A DNA stretch of 64,000 bases, taken from Podospora anserina (lineage: Eukaryota). The notes below the pieces were generated by a model, which was given only the letters and a program-made list of their open reading frames with translations, was not told the DNA's origin and did not search any database. The stretch spans positions 3,224,001-3,288,000 of the forward strand of contig CM030336.1 of assembly GCA_017654855.1 (NCBI GenBank), given 5' to 3'. A program made the position numbers and the translations under genes. Shown here in pieces: positions 35,141 to 47,681 of the stretch (positions are counted from its first letter, which is position 1; the number at the start of each line of letters is the position of its first letter).

Positions 35141-37817
35141 ATGGCCGCGCCCACCAGTGAAGAACCGATCGACTTCCACCACCCTTACACCCCCTACCCG
35201 GTCCAGCTAGAGTTCATGCGCACGGTCTATGATGTTCTGGAGAGAGGGAACGGCCAAGTCGGGATTTTGGAATCGCCTACTGGTACAGGGAAGTCGCTTT
35301 CGCTTATCTGCTCTGCGATCACCTGGTTGAGGAACCACAAGAGGAAGGGGTTTGATGCTGGGTTGGATGAGACGAGGAGGCAGATGGTGGGGGAGCCGGA
35401 GTGGATGGTGGAGACTGCGCTGAGAAGGAAGAGGGAGGAGTTGGTGGGGAAGTGGGAGGAGCGGGAGGAGAGGTTGGAGAGGTTGAGGAGGAAGGAAAAA
35501 GAGTTGGAGGAGAGGGGGAGGGAGAGGAAACGGGTTAGGGTTGAGGAGGGGCAGATGGGGGGGAGGAAAGAGGTGGATGAGGAGGAGGAGTTTTTGGTGG
35601 TGGTGGGGGGTGGTGAGGATGAGAGGGATGAAGAGGGGCTGAGTAGGGAGACGAGGGAGATGATGGTTAAGGTTGGGCTGGGGGGGTGGAAGAAAGAGGA
35701 GGAAGAGAGGGATGGGGACGAGGGAGATGGGGAGGGGATAAAGGTGAGTTCCATGGTTGCTGGGGGCTTAATGCAAAATATATTCTAACGAGTGGCAGAT
35801 TTATTACACGTCGAGGACGCATTCACAGCTGACGCAGTTTATTTCTGAGTTACGGCGACCGGAGTTTCCACCATCGCTACCGGTAGAAATACTCGAGAAA
35901 GATGGAAAAGAAGAGACGAAAGAGACAGTCAAAGAAATCACATTATCTTCTCGGCAAAAGCTGTGCATCAACCCAACTGTTGCCCGTCTGGGTTCTGTTT
36001 CGGCAATCAACGACCGGTGCACAGAGCTTCAGCAGTCAAAATCCAAAGAGAAATGCGCGTTTATGCCCAACACGGAAAATTTAAAGCAAACCCACCAGTT
36101 CAGGGATACCACCTTGGCCACAATGCCAGATATCGAGGACATGTACAGGATAGGGAAACAGCTGCAGGTTTGCCCTTACTATGCGTCTCGGACCGCCATA
36201 CCAGGTGCTGAGATTATCACTCTGCCGTATCCGCTGCTGCTGCAGAAGAACGCAAGAGAGGCACTGGGGATCGAGCTGGAAGGGAGTGTCGTGATTATTG
36301 ATGAAGCCCACAATATCATGGACGCTGTGGCGAATGTGTATGCCTCCGACATCCGGCTGAGCGAGCTAAGGAGAGGCAGGCAAATGTTGGGTGTTTACGT
36401 GAAGAGGTTTGGCAAGAAGTTGAAAGGCGAGAACAGAGTCATGGTGGCCCAGATAGGAAAGGTGGTGGAATCCCTCAAGGACTGGTTAGAAACGCAGTTG
36501 CAGGTCAAGGTAGGTCCTTTCTCCGCAAACTCCTGAGTCTGAAACTGACCTCTGTCCCAGGGCGACCAAGGAATCGCCGACCCAAACTCGCTCCTGAAAA
36601 GCCGCGGCGCCGACCAAATCAACCTCTACACGCTAATGAAATACATTCAAGATTCCAAACTCGCCTACAAAGTCGAAAGCTACGTCGCTCATGCCGATGA
36701 CTCCCAGGACAGCTCACCAAAATCGTCCACCCCCGTCCTCCACACCTTGGTGTCCTTCCTAGCAGCGCTCACAAACCTCAGCACCGAAGGTCGAATCTTT
36801 TACGAAAAGCTTCCAGGCGACAACCCCGACATCAAGCTTTCTTACTTGTTGCTCTCCCCCACGCACGCCTTCTCGTCCATCGCCTCGTCCGCCAGAGCGG
36901 TTATCTTAGCCGGCGGCACCATGTCCCCGTTTGAAGACTACAAAGCCCACTTGTTCCCCGAGCTGCCGGGTGGTAGGCTGACCACCCTGAGCTGTGGGCA
37001 TGTCATACCCGAGACAAACTTGTTTGTGCACACTCTGGCGTCTTACAAGCCCGGCAGGTTGGACACGTTTGAGTTTAGCTTTGGGAAGAGGTCGGACAAG
37101 ACCATGATCAAGAACTTGGGGTTGGTGCTGTTGAATATTTGTTCTGTGGCGCCGGATGGGGTGGTGGTTTTCTTTCCTAGCTATGGGTATCTAGATGAGG
37201 TGGTGGGGGTTTGGCAGCAGGGGGAGGGGGAGGGGGGGGGGAAGTCGATTTGGGAGAGGTTGGAGGCGAAGAAACCGCTTTTTCGGGATGTGTCGTCGTC
37301 GACGGGTGGGGGTGCTTCTTCGACGGATGATATTTTGGGTCGGTATTCTACCGCTATCGATGCCCCGGATAGACCGCACAGAGGGGCGGTGCTGTTTTCC
37401 GTTATTGGTGGGAGGTTATCAGAGGGGATCAATTTCTCTGATGCGCTGTGTCGGTTGGTGTTGATTGTTGGGTTGCCGTATCCGAATTTACACTCGCCCG
37501 AGTGGAAGGCTAGGATTGAGTATTTGGAGAGCGCGTGTGTTGCTAGAGGAGGAAGTAAGGAAGAGGCAAAGGTGGAAGCCAGGGGATTTTACGAAAATGC
37601 GGCCATGAGGGCGGTGAATCAGAGTATTGGACGAGCTGTGAGGCATAGGGGGGATTGGAGCGGGATTGTGCTTGTTGATCGGAGATATGGGATGGAAAGG
37701 GTGAGGGGCAAGTTACCGGGGTGGATTAGGAATGGGATGAAAGGGGAGGGGATGGATAACAGAGGGGTGGCGGGGTTGATGGGAGGGTTGGGGGCTTTTT
37801 TCAGGGGAAAGGCTTGA
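35141..37817 (+). CDS. CHL1: ATP-dependent DNA helicase Chl1/DDX11
   Basis: [59 protein letters not shown]. Introns 35743-35798 and 36510-36560. Confidence 0.95.
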
Positions 37818-38218
37818 GCTGGGGTGGGGTTACACACGTCATGTTTGCCTGCCGGAGTGTCTGTTCAGCTCAGGTGTAGTTTCTGAAACGTATTTATGCG
37901 GTTAGTTTGTTTGCCTGATGGCTCGTCCGTGTCTCGGATGAATAGTGAGCTTTGAGTGGTTGGCAGTGTTGATGTGGGACTTGGCATTAAAGCCTCACAA
38001 CTAAATACAGTCACAGGGGAATCCTACAGCTGCAGCTCGAACGAGATCGCAGTCACTCCGTCCTCACCGGACGAAATGTCAACAAGGTTAGGTCGGAATG
38101 CATCTTTCGGCATGTCGGACCTTGAACATGAGACCTTAACTGCTACTGACTCTGGCTTCTGTCCTGTTTCTCCCTTTTACTCTTTTCTTTGCTTTGGGAT
38201 GAGCGATAACCACCCAAC

Positions 38219-40707
38219 ATGGCGACATATCTCGAGTCCAAGCCAGGCTTTATCGGCCTGCCCCAGAACTTTCTCCGCGCCGTCGGCTTGGGCATCTTCA
38301 CCAAGCTCGTCCAGCGCCCTGAGCCACCCAAGTTGCTCATTCGAAAGTCGAGACGAGTTGCTTTGGCTCGAAGCGCTGTGCACATTCTTCCCGCCACGAT
38401 ATCCACCATTTTGATATACATCAATCTTTCTGGGCGGTTCATCGGGAGCGAACTTGAAGGACCGCAAGGAAAAGACAGCCTTAAGATGGCGCTTTTGCAG
38501 GTTGCGGCCAAGCTACAGGTGCGTGAAGTTCACGATACTGTAGTTAACGTCTCACATGCTGAGTGCTGATACCTGGCCAGGAGCTGCTGGTGGTAGGAAG
38601 TATGGGTACAATTATCTTCCACATAATTCGTCAAAGACTTTTTTCCAACGATGGAATTCCTCTCGGGTTGCTTGTCTCTGGCTGGTCATTCAGCCAGCTT
38701 AGTTATTTCTACTCCGGGGAGTTTTGGAGTGGCGTCTTGTCTCTGTTTCAGCCACCTTCTGGTCGCCTCAGAAGCCTGGCTTTGGTGCTGCTGTTACTAC
38801 TGAGTGGGATCCTCGCCTTAATGGCTGGCCCTGCGGCAGCTATCATCATGATACCGAGAATCATGGACCTGCCGGTTGGCGGAAGTGTGTTTTGGTTAAA
38901 TGGTATTCATATCTCTCCTGGTAATTTGGTGTCACAATGCTGACATGAAATGTTCAAAGGAACCGAAAACGACCTCTGGCCTAGCATCCTCGACGGCTCA
39001 TACCTCGCCGACTATGACTGCTCCACTCCAGACAAGCAGCTATACGACCCCGCGTGCCCTTCTTCCAACTTTCTGCCTCTGCATCAACACTATTCCAACG
39101 CACCCCTCAAGTTCGAAACCGAGCTCATACAGCTGGAAATGGTTGATCCCAAAATACGAAAGGCCGTCTATTTCACTGTCCGGCAAGGGCCCGGAGTCAT
39201 CGATACTTGGTTCTACACCGCCCACGCGTCCACAGCTGCCGTGCAAGATGCTCTGCGAGACTTACACATGAAGGCATTATTGTTTTTGAAATACCGGGTT
39301 GGACATTTTGGGCGTCACAGGCCAGGTTCGTTGGAGCGGGCGGTCAGCAAGCGGTATGAAGTAGAGACAAAGTCTTCCTTGACGCGGACAGTGTGTCGAC
39401 CGCTCCCTGATGTGTCGTTTGAGACCGTCAAAACCTTGATGTTTCCGCCGGTGAAGTTGGAGGAGAAGTTTGGGGATAAAGCGGATGGTTACTGGGAAGT
39501 TGATGTTGAGAAGCCTGTGAGGGAGTATCTTGGGCGCCGTAGGATTCTGATACAGGAGGGGGACGGAACATGGCGGTTGAACCCGGAGCCAAACACAATT
39601 CCCTCTATCATTGCAATCCCGGTGCCCTTGGATCAAGACGAAAACTTCAAGTTTGGCCTACTAGTCGCGAGACGCCAGGGGGAGAGTAACGTGTGGTGGC
39701 CCGCGACGTGTACACTGGATGCTCGCTGGGGAGACGCCCGTTCGTTCTTTGAGTTTGGTGATCGATCAATGCGCTTTCACGACTTTCATCGCGGCAAAGT
39801 CAGTAATCTGGTGCAGACAACCTTGGAAACGACCAATGGGGACAACATGCTCTCTCCTTACTACAATCCTCCCAACGACCACACGATAACCCCCATAGCT
39901 CTTCATCTGAGCTGGTACGATCACCTCTCTCCAGTGATACCGGCAGGTTTCATCCCCGATCACCCCGATTCACCGCTCCGAGGGACCAACCGATCAACTC
40001 TAGAGGCCCTTCTCGAAACAATCCCGGCACATAACTGGAGCCCACAGAATGATGTTGTTGGCATAGACACGGAAGGACTGGAGTTGGTGATATCAATGAC
40101 TTTTGTCGACGGGCTGTCTCGTTGCGGCATTGCACTGAACCCTAACAGCGGCATGTTACTAGGAGGTACATGGGAAAAGGGGGCGTTGGAGAAGGGAACC
40201 AGATGGGAAATCAACAACGATAAGCCAGACGATGTCTGGAGACTGTTCAAGTTGGGAGAGCCAATTGAAGTGTTTGCTCCTCCGGCTAGTCTTGACCTTG
40301 AGAGGTCCACTCGTATGGTGATGCGGGTGACATTTACGGGGTACATGATGGCGGCTGACAATTGGTTCGACTATCTCTGCGTGGCGGCCATGATGGTGCA
40401 TGCACTCGCGGCTCTAATTCACACCGTCTGGGTAGTGTGGCATGCAGAGACGTCAGAGGCTTGGGATTCCATCCCTGAGATGATCGGGCTTGCGCAGAGG
40501 TCACCCCCGCCATGTGAGGAGGAGGCATGTCTTGACAATATTGGGGCGGGTATTGCGTCGGTTCGTAATCTGGGCGAAGTGGCGTGGGTCGAGGTCCATG
40601 ATGATAGCGGGTATGGCAGCCAGGATGGGGTGAGGTTGAGGTTTGGAGATGGGGTTAGAACCAGAGATCCCAAATGGGTGCCGAAAGCTGAAGAACGATA
40701 CAGTTAG
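38219..40707 (+). CDS. Hypothetical multi-pass membrane protein with a large luminal region
   Basis: LQVAAKLQ|ELLVVGS across intron 38519-38580; second intron about 38902-38959; hydrophobic helices at both ends; SEAWDSIPEMIGLAQRS motif. Confidence 0.7.
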
Positions 40708-42113
40708 TGGGTAGAGATGTTGGAATGTTGGATACCTATGCCACAGCCTGGACTATTTCCAATACATTTGGTCGATTTGTCTATCGGGAATGAAGAACGG
40801 CCCTCGACGTCGAGGTATAGCTTGGGGGGTGTAACCCTGAGCATACGCACCGTCAGGTTCAAGAAGAGCCTTCAGCTCTGTTCGATTCACTTTCAAATTG
40901 TCCAAGATGCCCACCTGACGTCCAAGCGGGAACCGACAAACACTTTGGCGCCTGGATGGCAGCTGAGATTCTGCATCACGGGTAGCAACATCATCCAGAC
41001 CGCTTTATCGCCGCGAACAGACTTTGATGTTCACTCTGTACTCCTTGATCAGGACACTGGCCGGCTCCGATGCGTGCTGAATCTGCGGGCTCAAACGTCT
41101 CTTCACAGTTGACAACCAGTCAATTCCTCCTGCAGCACTATACTAGAGGATGCGAGTATCCGGAGGCGTGTTTGGCACAGTGGCCGACGCCTGTGACCAT
41201 CTGTGAGAAGTAGATATTTACCCTCTTTCACTTCTTGGAAGGGACTAGAGGTTTGGAACTGCTGTTGATGTGGCTGGCTGTCTCTGCGTCATTGGCTGTC
41301 TTTCCCGGAATGTGTTTTCGTGCCATGTGCGCCTCCGGATGCCAACCCCCGAGTTTCTGGAGAGCCGGCCGCCGGCCGGACCACGCCACGTTCTGCAGGC
41401 CCGGGTTCGGTGTCCAATCATTGGAAAGTTTTCACCACTATCACATCTGCCTTTTGGATACCTATAGCAAGGTCATCGTCTTCACGCTCGCACCCAGATG
41501 CCTGTCAGCAATGACATTCCCTAATTAGCAGAGTGTCCTTACAGTACAGAGAGTTCTTTTATGATTATGGGAGATGGCGCAACAGGGAATATGTCAATGA
41601 TTGTCTCATGCTGTTGTTCTTTTCAAATAATCATGCTCTCTACAAGGTATGAAGTAGCCAAAGATGTGTGCCAGCTATGTCCAAAAAAGCCGCAACCAAC
41701 CAGACAGGCTGATCGTTTCGTCACTGGAAGCTCATCCTTCCTTCCGGATGTTCTAGACCCTGTGTACATCCCTAGATTATGCTCCAACGCCACATCAGAA
41801 GTGCTTTTGGCTTTCTTCAAAACTGCTCACGACATACGGAGGATGCTGGATTAGGAAAGAAGAGCAGCATTGAGGCGCCTCAAGCAGAGCTGAAACCGGG
41901 ACAAAGACATGGGAACTGAAGCAGTGGTCCATCTACTGGCCACAAGTTGAACAATATGGTAGACACGGTGAGAGAACAAAGTATAAAGAGGAGGCCTCGT
42001 TCGCTCAAAGACTCGACTTCTTCACAACAGACAGATCAGCTCGAAGCACCTTACCTTCAGTTTTAATTCAAGAACCCACCGCTTATCACTTATTCCATCT
42101 TCAAACCATCAAC

Positions 42114-43312
42114 ATGTCTTCCTGCACCTGCCACGGATCCTTCCCCACCCCGGCCCAGCCGCCCAAGTACACCGACATGCAGGCCATCGCTGCCGTCGTC
42201 AACCCCGACACTGTCGACCGTGGAGACAGCGTTGACCAGCAGGTCATCCTGTTCCAGTCCCTTCCCAACGGCACCCTGGGCTTTGACCAGGTCCAGTTCA
42301 ACGGCGACCATGGTGATCTCAGCAAGCAGAACGAGGATGGTGTCATTGGCTACTATGTCAACCCCTCCAAGATGGTTCCTACTCTCAAGTTCGGTTCCAG
42401 CTTGGCCACTGTGGTCTTGGATGACGTTGTAAGTCTCGGTTTCAGGAGTGACGAGAAATGACTGATGTAGCTGACAATGAAAGGTCCGCACTTATGGCGT
42501 CTTCGAGGGAGACAGCTCCGTTTGGCTGCTCAGCCCTATCGTGATGCCCCTTGCCAACGCCACCATCCCTTACAAGTCTATCGCTGCGGCCGGTGATGGC
42601 AACAAGGCGGGCAGGCTCTTCTGGCAGGAGTAAGTGTTCTTTGGTAGTCCGGAAGGCTGAGAGTAGAATGGGAATCATGCTGACATGGTTGCACTCGGAT
42701 AGAAAGCGCAGTGGCCCCGATGGCACCTACTTCCAGCTCAAGGCTCGGGATCTCCAGTCCAGAGATGACGGTGCCGTCTGGGTCGAGGGCACCAAGGACT
42801 CCAAGGAGGGCACCCACCTTGCTGCCTTCTACGATGGTGAGGACTTCTGGGTTGTCTACCAGAACACTGCCGAGGATGACAACTCTGGCGAGGACCGCGA
42901 CTTCATCAAGGCTGTTGCCCTCACCGGAACCACCCAGGGTATGTGCCGTTCTTGATTCGCTAGGCCTTGGAAACCAATGCTAATTTTACCTACCCAAGGC
43001 AACATCATCCCCGGTAGCAGCGACAAGATCAACGGCCGCATCGCCCGTATCGCCGCCTGCCGCGCCGACAACAGCGACCGCGTCTGCGTCTACTTCACCG
43101 ACCAGTACAACAAGCTCCACCGCAGCTGGGCCAAGTGCAACCAGGACAGCACCGTCACCTTCCAAAAGGACGTCAAGGACGTCAAGGGCTTGATCATCAA
43201 CAAGAAGTCTGGCCTGTCTGCTTTGGCTTCTCCCCTTGACAAGAGGAACGTCATCTACGCTGTCACTGGCACCAACAACAAGATCAGCTTTAACTCGGAT
43301 AAGTGGGAGTGA
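42114..43312 (+). CDS. Cytoplasmic beta-rich protein, probably fucose-specific-lectin-like beta-propeller, 4 exons
   Basis: Exons 42114-42428, 42484-42629, 42703-42938 and 42999-43312; strong C-ending codon bias; TATAAA at 41982; blade-like motifs GSSLATV, KSIAAA, GTHLAAF, KSGLSAL. Confidence 0.6.
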
Positions 43313-43725
43313 GATGACTTGTCTGGTGGCGAGTTGGGGGTGAATTTGGACTCGCTGTCTGGTGTTCCGTCTGTGCTTGCTGCAACTCAGATACAGATTG
43401 ATATTTCCATTTCGATTGGGGATAGGCGGGCTCAGTTTTCGATCAAGACGGAGATGTGAGGTACAAGCGGAGGATCGGTCATTTTGTATGCAAGATTTAG
43501 TTAGCAAATGGGAGTAGTTTGGAATAATTTCTTCCATAGGCTTTGCATTTGCATACGAGCGGGGTTAACCTGTGAGGCTGTGCACAAGTACTGTGTCTGC
43601 CTGACCTCCAGCTCTCTGTGTGAGTTGCGGGGAACTCCCTCTCATCATGTCTTCCGAGTTCCCTTCTACAAAAATTCCACCTTTCCTAGGTACCCATTAC
43701 CGCACAACCCAGCAAAGACTCGAAG

Positions 43726-45603
43726 ATGAGGCTTCTACACACGACGGAGCTTAAGCTCTACTCCTTCAACGAGGTCGGAAAGGATGTTCCCACATACGCG
43801 ATTTTGTCCCACACCTGGGGCAAGGAGGAAGTCACATTCCAGGACATCCACTGCAATCCGGATGTGGCTAGCATGGCAGGATATCAAAAGATTACCGCCA
43901 GTTGCCGGATTGCTCGCAGAGAAGGCTATCAGTTCATCTGGATCGACACCTGCTGTATCGACAAAAGCAGCAGCGCTGAGCTTTCCGAAGCTATCAACTC
44001 CATGTACCGGTGGTACGAACATTCCGCCATGTGCTTTGCCTTTCTGGAAGATTTTGTTTACCCGTATACACACTCTTACTGGGTCACGAAGAAACGTGTT
44101 CGAGAGCCAGACCCGCCTGTAGAAACTTTTGAAGAGAGTTTCTGCAACAGCCGATGGTTCACAAGGGGTTGGACACTGCAAGAGCTCATTGCACCGCCGA
44201 ACCTGCGATTCCACGATTGTAACTGGCGTCTTATCGACACGAAGGATGGGCTCTATTCGCTGATTTCCAAGATCACCGGTATTGATGAGGATGTGCTTGC
44301 GAGACCAGGCGAGCTGCAGAATGCCTCCGTTGCACAAAGAATGTACTGGGCCAGCAGACGAGAAACAACACGATCTGAGGACTTGGCTTATTGCCTCATG
44401 GGAATTTTTGGTATAGCTATGCCCCTGTTGTACGGGGAAGGGGGAACCAAAGCATTTCTACGTCTGCAGCAGGAGATCTTGAACTCCACCGACGACCATT
44501 CCATCTTTCTATGGACACTCCCGCCACACAAAGTCGTGCACAATGAACTACGGGGTTTATTGGCAGAGTCTCCGAGCTGGTTTTCTCACGCAAGGCGGAT
44601 ATCACAGTCCCAGCACTCCCACGAAGATGACTGTTCGACCTTGTCTCGCATCACCAACCGCGGCCTGTTTCTGGAGCTTCCAGCTGTCGATCTGGACAAA
44701 GATGGGGTCGGTGACGTTTTACTTCTTCCCAGCTGTGACATTGAACCCGGGATACCATCCGCAATAATCGTGAGAAAGATCGATGGCACGGTCAATGATG
44801 AATACGCAAGGATTCTCGTAGGGGTTCCGATGGCCATCAAATCAAGAAGAATCGCGATTTGGGAAGACACAGTTGTTGACGAGGTGACGCATGCTACGGT
44901 TCGAATGTATTCCCGTCTATTGATTGAACGACGGAGCATTTACAAAAAGAGTTTATACGTGTCCCAAAGGCCCCAGCCGCAGCCTTGGAGAGTTCAAGGC
45001 TATTGGTTCACAATCTGGAACGAACCAAGCGTCTTTCGCATCGTTGCAGGTTGCGAAAACCTCTCCATAGGGTACGTGTATCACCAGCCAGTGGTAGTAT
45101 CACAGAGGAGTGCATTATCAACGTCTCAATGGAAACACGACCGGCAGAGCTATTCCATTTTCATCGACATCAACCATTTATACAAACATAGGAATGTAGG
45201 CGACCACCAGCGTGTCATATCACTCGCCGCTCTTGACATGGAGGTTTGGATGAAACTCAAAAGGTTTCCAACTATTGGTTCGCCTTTTTCCTCTGGCGAA
45301 GCAGATGTTGGAGCGGGAAGAATCTTGCAACTTCGGCTGATACTGGGTGCTGATTTCAACTATCATAATGGCCTCTCTCTCATCCCAACCATTACACCAG
45401 CTTGGTCGTTGGAGCTCACAAACAACCAACTCAGACAAGAAGGCCCGCGTGTGGCTCTAATCGAGCCAAACAGCAAAGAAGTTTCCTTGAGACCTGTTGG
45501 ATTGGAAGACCTTGTCGCATACGCCGAGATCAAGAGGGAAGAAAGGGATCTGAGAATGTGGTATGTGGTCAGCTTTGGGATCAAACGAGCGGGTCATGCA
45601 TAG
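43726..45603 (+). CDS. HET-domain protein (HET-E-type N-terminal domain), no NACHT/WD40
   Basis: MRLLHT...YAILSHTW..EEV, WIDTCCIDKSSSAELSEAINSMYRWY, SRWFTRGWTLQELIAP, EDLAYCLMGIFGIAMPLLYGEG..AFLRLQ. Confidence 0.92.
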   Translation: MRLLHTTELKLYSFNEVGKDVPTYAILSHTWGKEEVTFQDIHCNPDVASMAGYQKITASCRIARREGYQFIWIDTCCIDKSSSAELSEAINSMYRWYEHSAMCFAFLEDFVYPYTHSYWVTKKRVREPDPPVETFEESFCNSRWFTRGWTLQELIAPPNLRFHDCNWRLIDTKDGLYSLISKITGIDEDVLARPGELQNASVAQRMYWASRRETTRSEDLAYCLMGIFGIAMPLLYGEGGTKAFLRLQQEILNSTDDHSIFLWTLPPHKVVHNELRGLLAESPSWFSHARRISQSQHSHEDDCSTLSRITNRGLFLELPAVDLDKDGVGDVLLLPSCDIEPGIPSAIIVRKIDGTVNDEYARILVGVPMAIKSRRIAIWEDTVVDEVTHATVRMYSRLLIERRSIYKKSLYVSQRPQPQPWRVQGYWFTIWNEPSVFRIVAGCENLSIGYVYHQPVVVSQRSALSTSQWKHDRQSYSIFIDINHLYKHRNVGDHQRVISLAALDMEVWMKLKRFPTIGSPFSSGEADVGAGRILQLRLILGADFNYHNGLSLIPTITPAWSLELTNNQLRQEGPRVALIEPNSKEVSLRPVGLEDLVAYAEIKREERDLRMWYVVSFGIKRAGHA

Positions 45604-45811
45604 GACACACCAAAGTAGCGCTTAATAAAGCCTCTTTAACATGGTATACGCGTTCAAAAATCTATGCAAACATTTCCACGGGCGCAAAAAGGAGAGAACC
45701 TGGAATGCTGGTTGAAAAAAAAAAAAAAAAAAAAGTGGCAGGAAATTTGGCAGTACATGTTGGAAGACGGCATAAGTTTACAGTTTGCATTATGATTTTA
45801 TCAGTTGATCA

Positions 45812-45897
45812 GCCCGTATAGCTCAGTGGTAGAGCGCATCACTCGTATCTGTGATTGCGATATGATGAGGTCCGCGGTTCAATCCCGCGTGGGGGCA
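45812..45897 (+). tRNA. tRNA-Thr(CGT) with intron
   Basis: D-arm TAGCTCAGTGGTAGAGC; anticodon stem CATCA/TGATG around CGT; intron about 45848-45861; T-arm CGCGG-TTCAATC-CCGCG; T-tract downstream. Confidence 0.88.
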
Positions 45898-47681
45898 TTC
45901 ATTTTTGGTCATATTTATCTCAATACAATATGACTTTCTTGTCACAATATCTCTCTCTCTCATTCATTTATTTTATCTTTTCTTGCTATCTTCCCCGTCA
46001 GTGTCTTCCTTTCTGGTGGCTGGATTGCACTGTACATTCTGCAAGCTAACAGTTGGGAGTATTTCATACAAGTTAGAAATGCAAGTCATTAATTAAATCG
46101 AGGATATCTTGTTTCGTTTCGGTTTGGTTATCGACCAGCCTGTTGTCTTGGTACTCGGCTCTTTATATAGCAACCCTCAGATACCGGTGCACCCTGGCTA
46201 GATCACATATGGCCATCTCTTATGTTTGTCTCGCTATATCAACAGCCTGAGAAAAAGGCAAGTTGGGATATGAGGTTGATAGGGCAACGGGAGAGGATTT
46301 CAATCATGGAATTGTAAAATAGGTATATGAGTTTGTCGTACAACTATGTAGTTTGGAGTTTGCTACCTTTTTCTAGTTGAGTTTGACCATCTCTTTTCAC
46401 AACCTAGGTACAGTCTAGCGCTTCGTCTTTGTGAAACGTGCAGCGAAGTAGGTAGCTAGGAGATGAAGTGATTGGAAGCCGGCGAGTGGTCCTCCCAAAT
46501 TTTTTTTGGTTGGGCCGCTTCATGGGCCTCTCGTCGTCACCTGATATGCTGTGGCTGTCTTGGAGCGTTGAATTGCAGGATGTTGTGCACCCACACCTTT
46601 GAATAAGATCTTCCCCGCTCTTCATTGAACCATCACAAAACTTCAAAGTTCGCAAGCTTGTCCCTTTATAGCAGCTCCGATCACCGTCCTGCAACGGTTG
46701 TCGAGCCATGCAGTTGTCGTGTTCTCCATGGCTAGGATCAGGGATCCAAAGCCCAATGTCTTACTTAATCTCTGACATCCGCTTGCCCGCCCGCGGTTCT
46801 CGGGGATAAGGCAACTGCAGTCTTTGCCTCTTGACGACAAAGTTTAGGACTTGATATCTTTGAGGTGGGCAGCCAGCAGGATGCGGGAGCCGGATATCTT
46901 TATCATTTTGAGAAAGCCTCGACTCTGGACTCAATGATGCTGTGATACCCACGATCACCAACATGACTTCCTCTTTGAGGATCTGCGGAGTCCCGGTAGC
47001 CCCATCTCCACACCTCCGGTTGCCAAGAGGTTGCAGCAGACGAGGCATCCTGGGGTAGGCCATCTTGGCTAGAATCTGTCGAGTCGAGCACTGCGGAGGC
47101 TTGTTCCGAGATCACATGAGCGAAATTTGTATTTTCGCGCTTCTGGAAAGAAGCCCCTCTCCAAGAAGCGTGTTCAGTTTCCATCTTCTTGCATCCACTC
47201 GACTTTGGCGACTCGAGATCGACTTCCGGGTACGCCATCCTCGTTGCCGCATTTGATGACTTCTCGCCTCGCAAACAGTTCACCTTGGCAGCCGTTTTGA
47301 TTCACCATACTTGCCTGACCAGTGGTGTTGATTTGGCCTTCACCGCTTCCGCAGCTGTTAGCTAACAGAGCCCCTGAATTTTGCCCTTGACGCCCCCTGT
47401 CTCCACTTTCAGCAACCACCACGGCAACCTTTTTGAACTGTTCGCATCTCCTCCAAAACACCAGACATCAACCATCACAACCCCGGATTTTTAAACTTCT
47501 GATCAACCGGCACTCACCTTTCAAGAGTGGAGCTTCCCGCACTTCTCGGTCCCATCCGAGCCCAAGATCCGCACGTGGCGGCCCAGCTTCGCGTGGTTTC
47601 CGGCTCACAGCCTAAATACAACGCTCCACAATCACGACAACAGCAACCACTCAGCACTCAAGATAACGGCGTGCGGCCCAG

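Noticed and set aside
46400..47460. Minus-strand ORF chain downstream of tRNA-Thr, as a possible mobile element
   Set aside because: No transposase, RT or integrase motifs, no terminal repeats and no convincing splice structure
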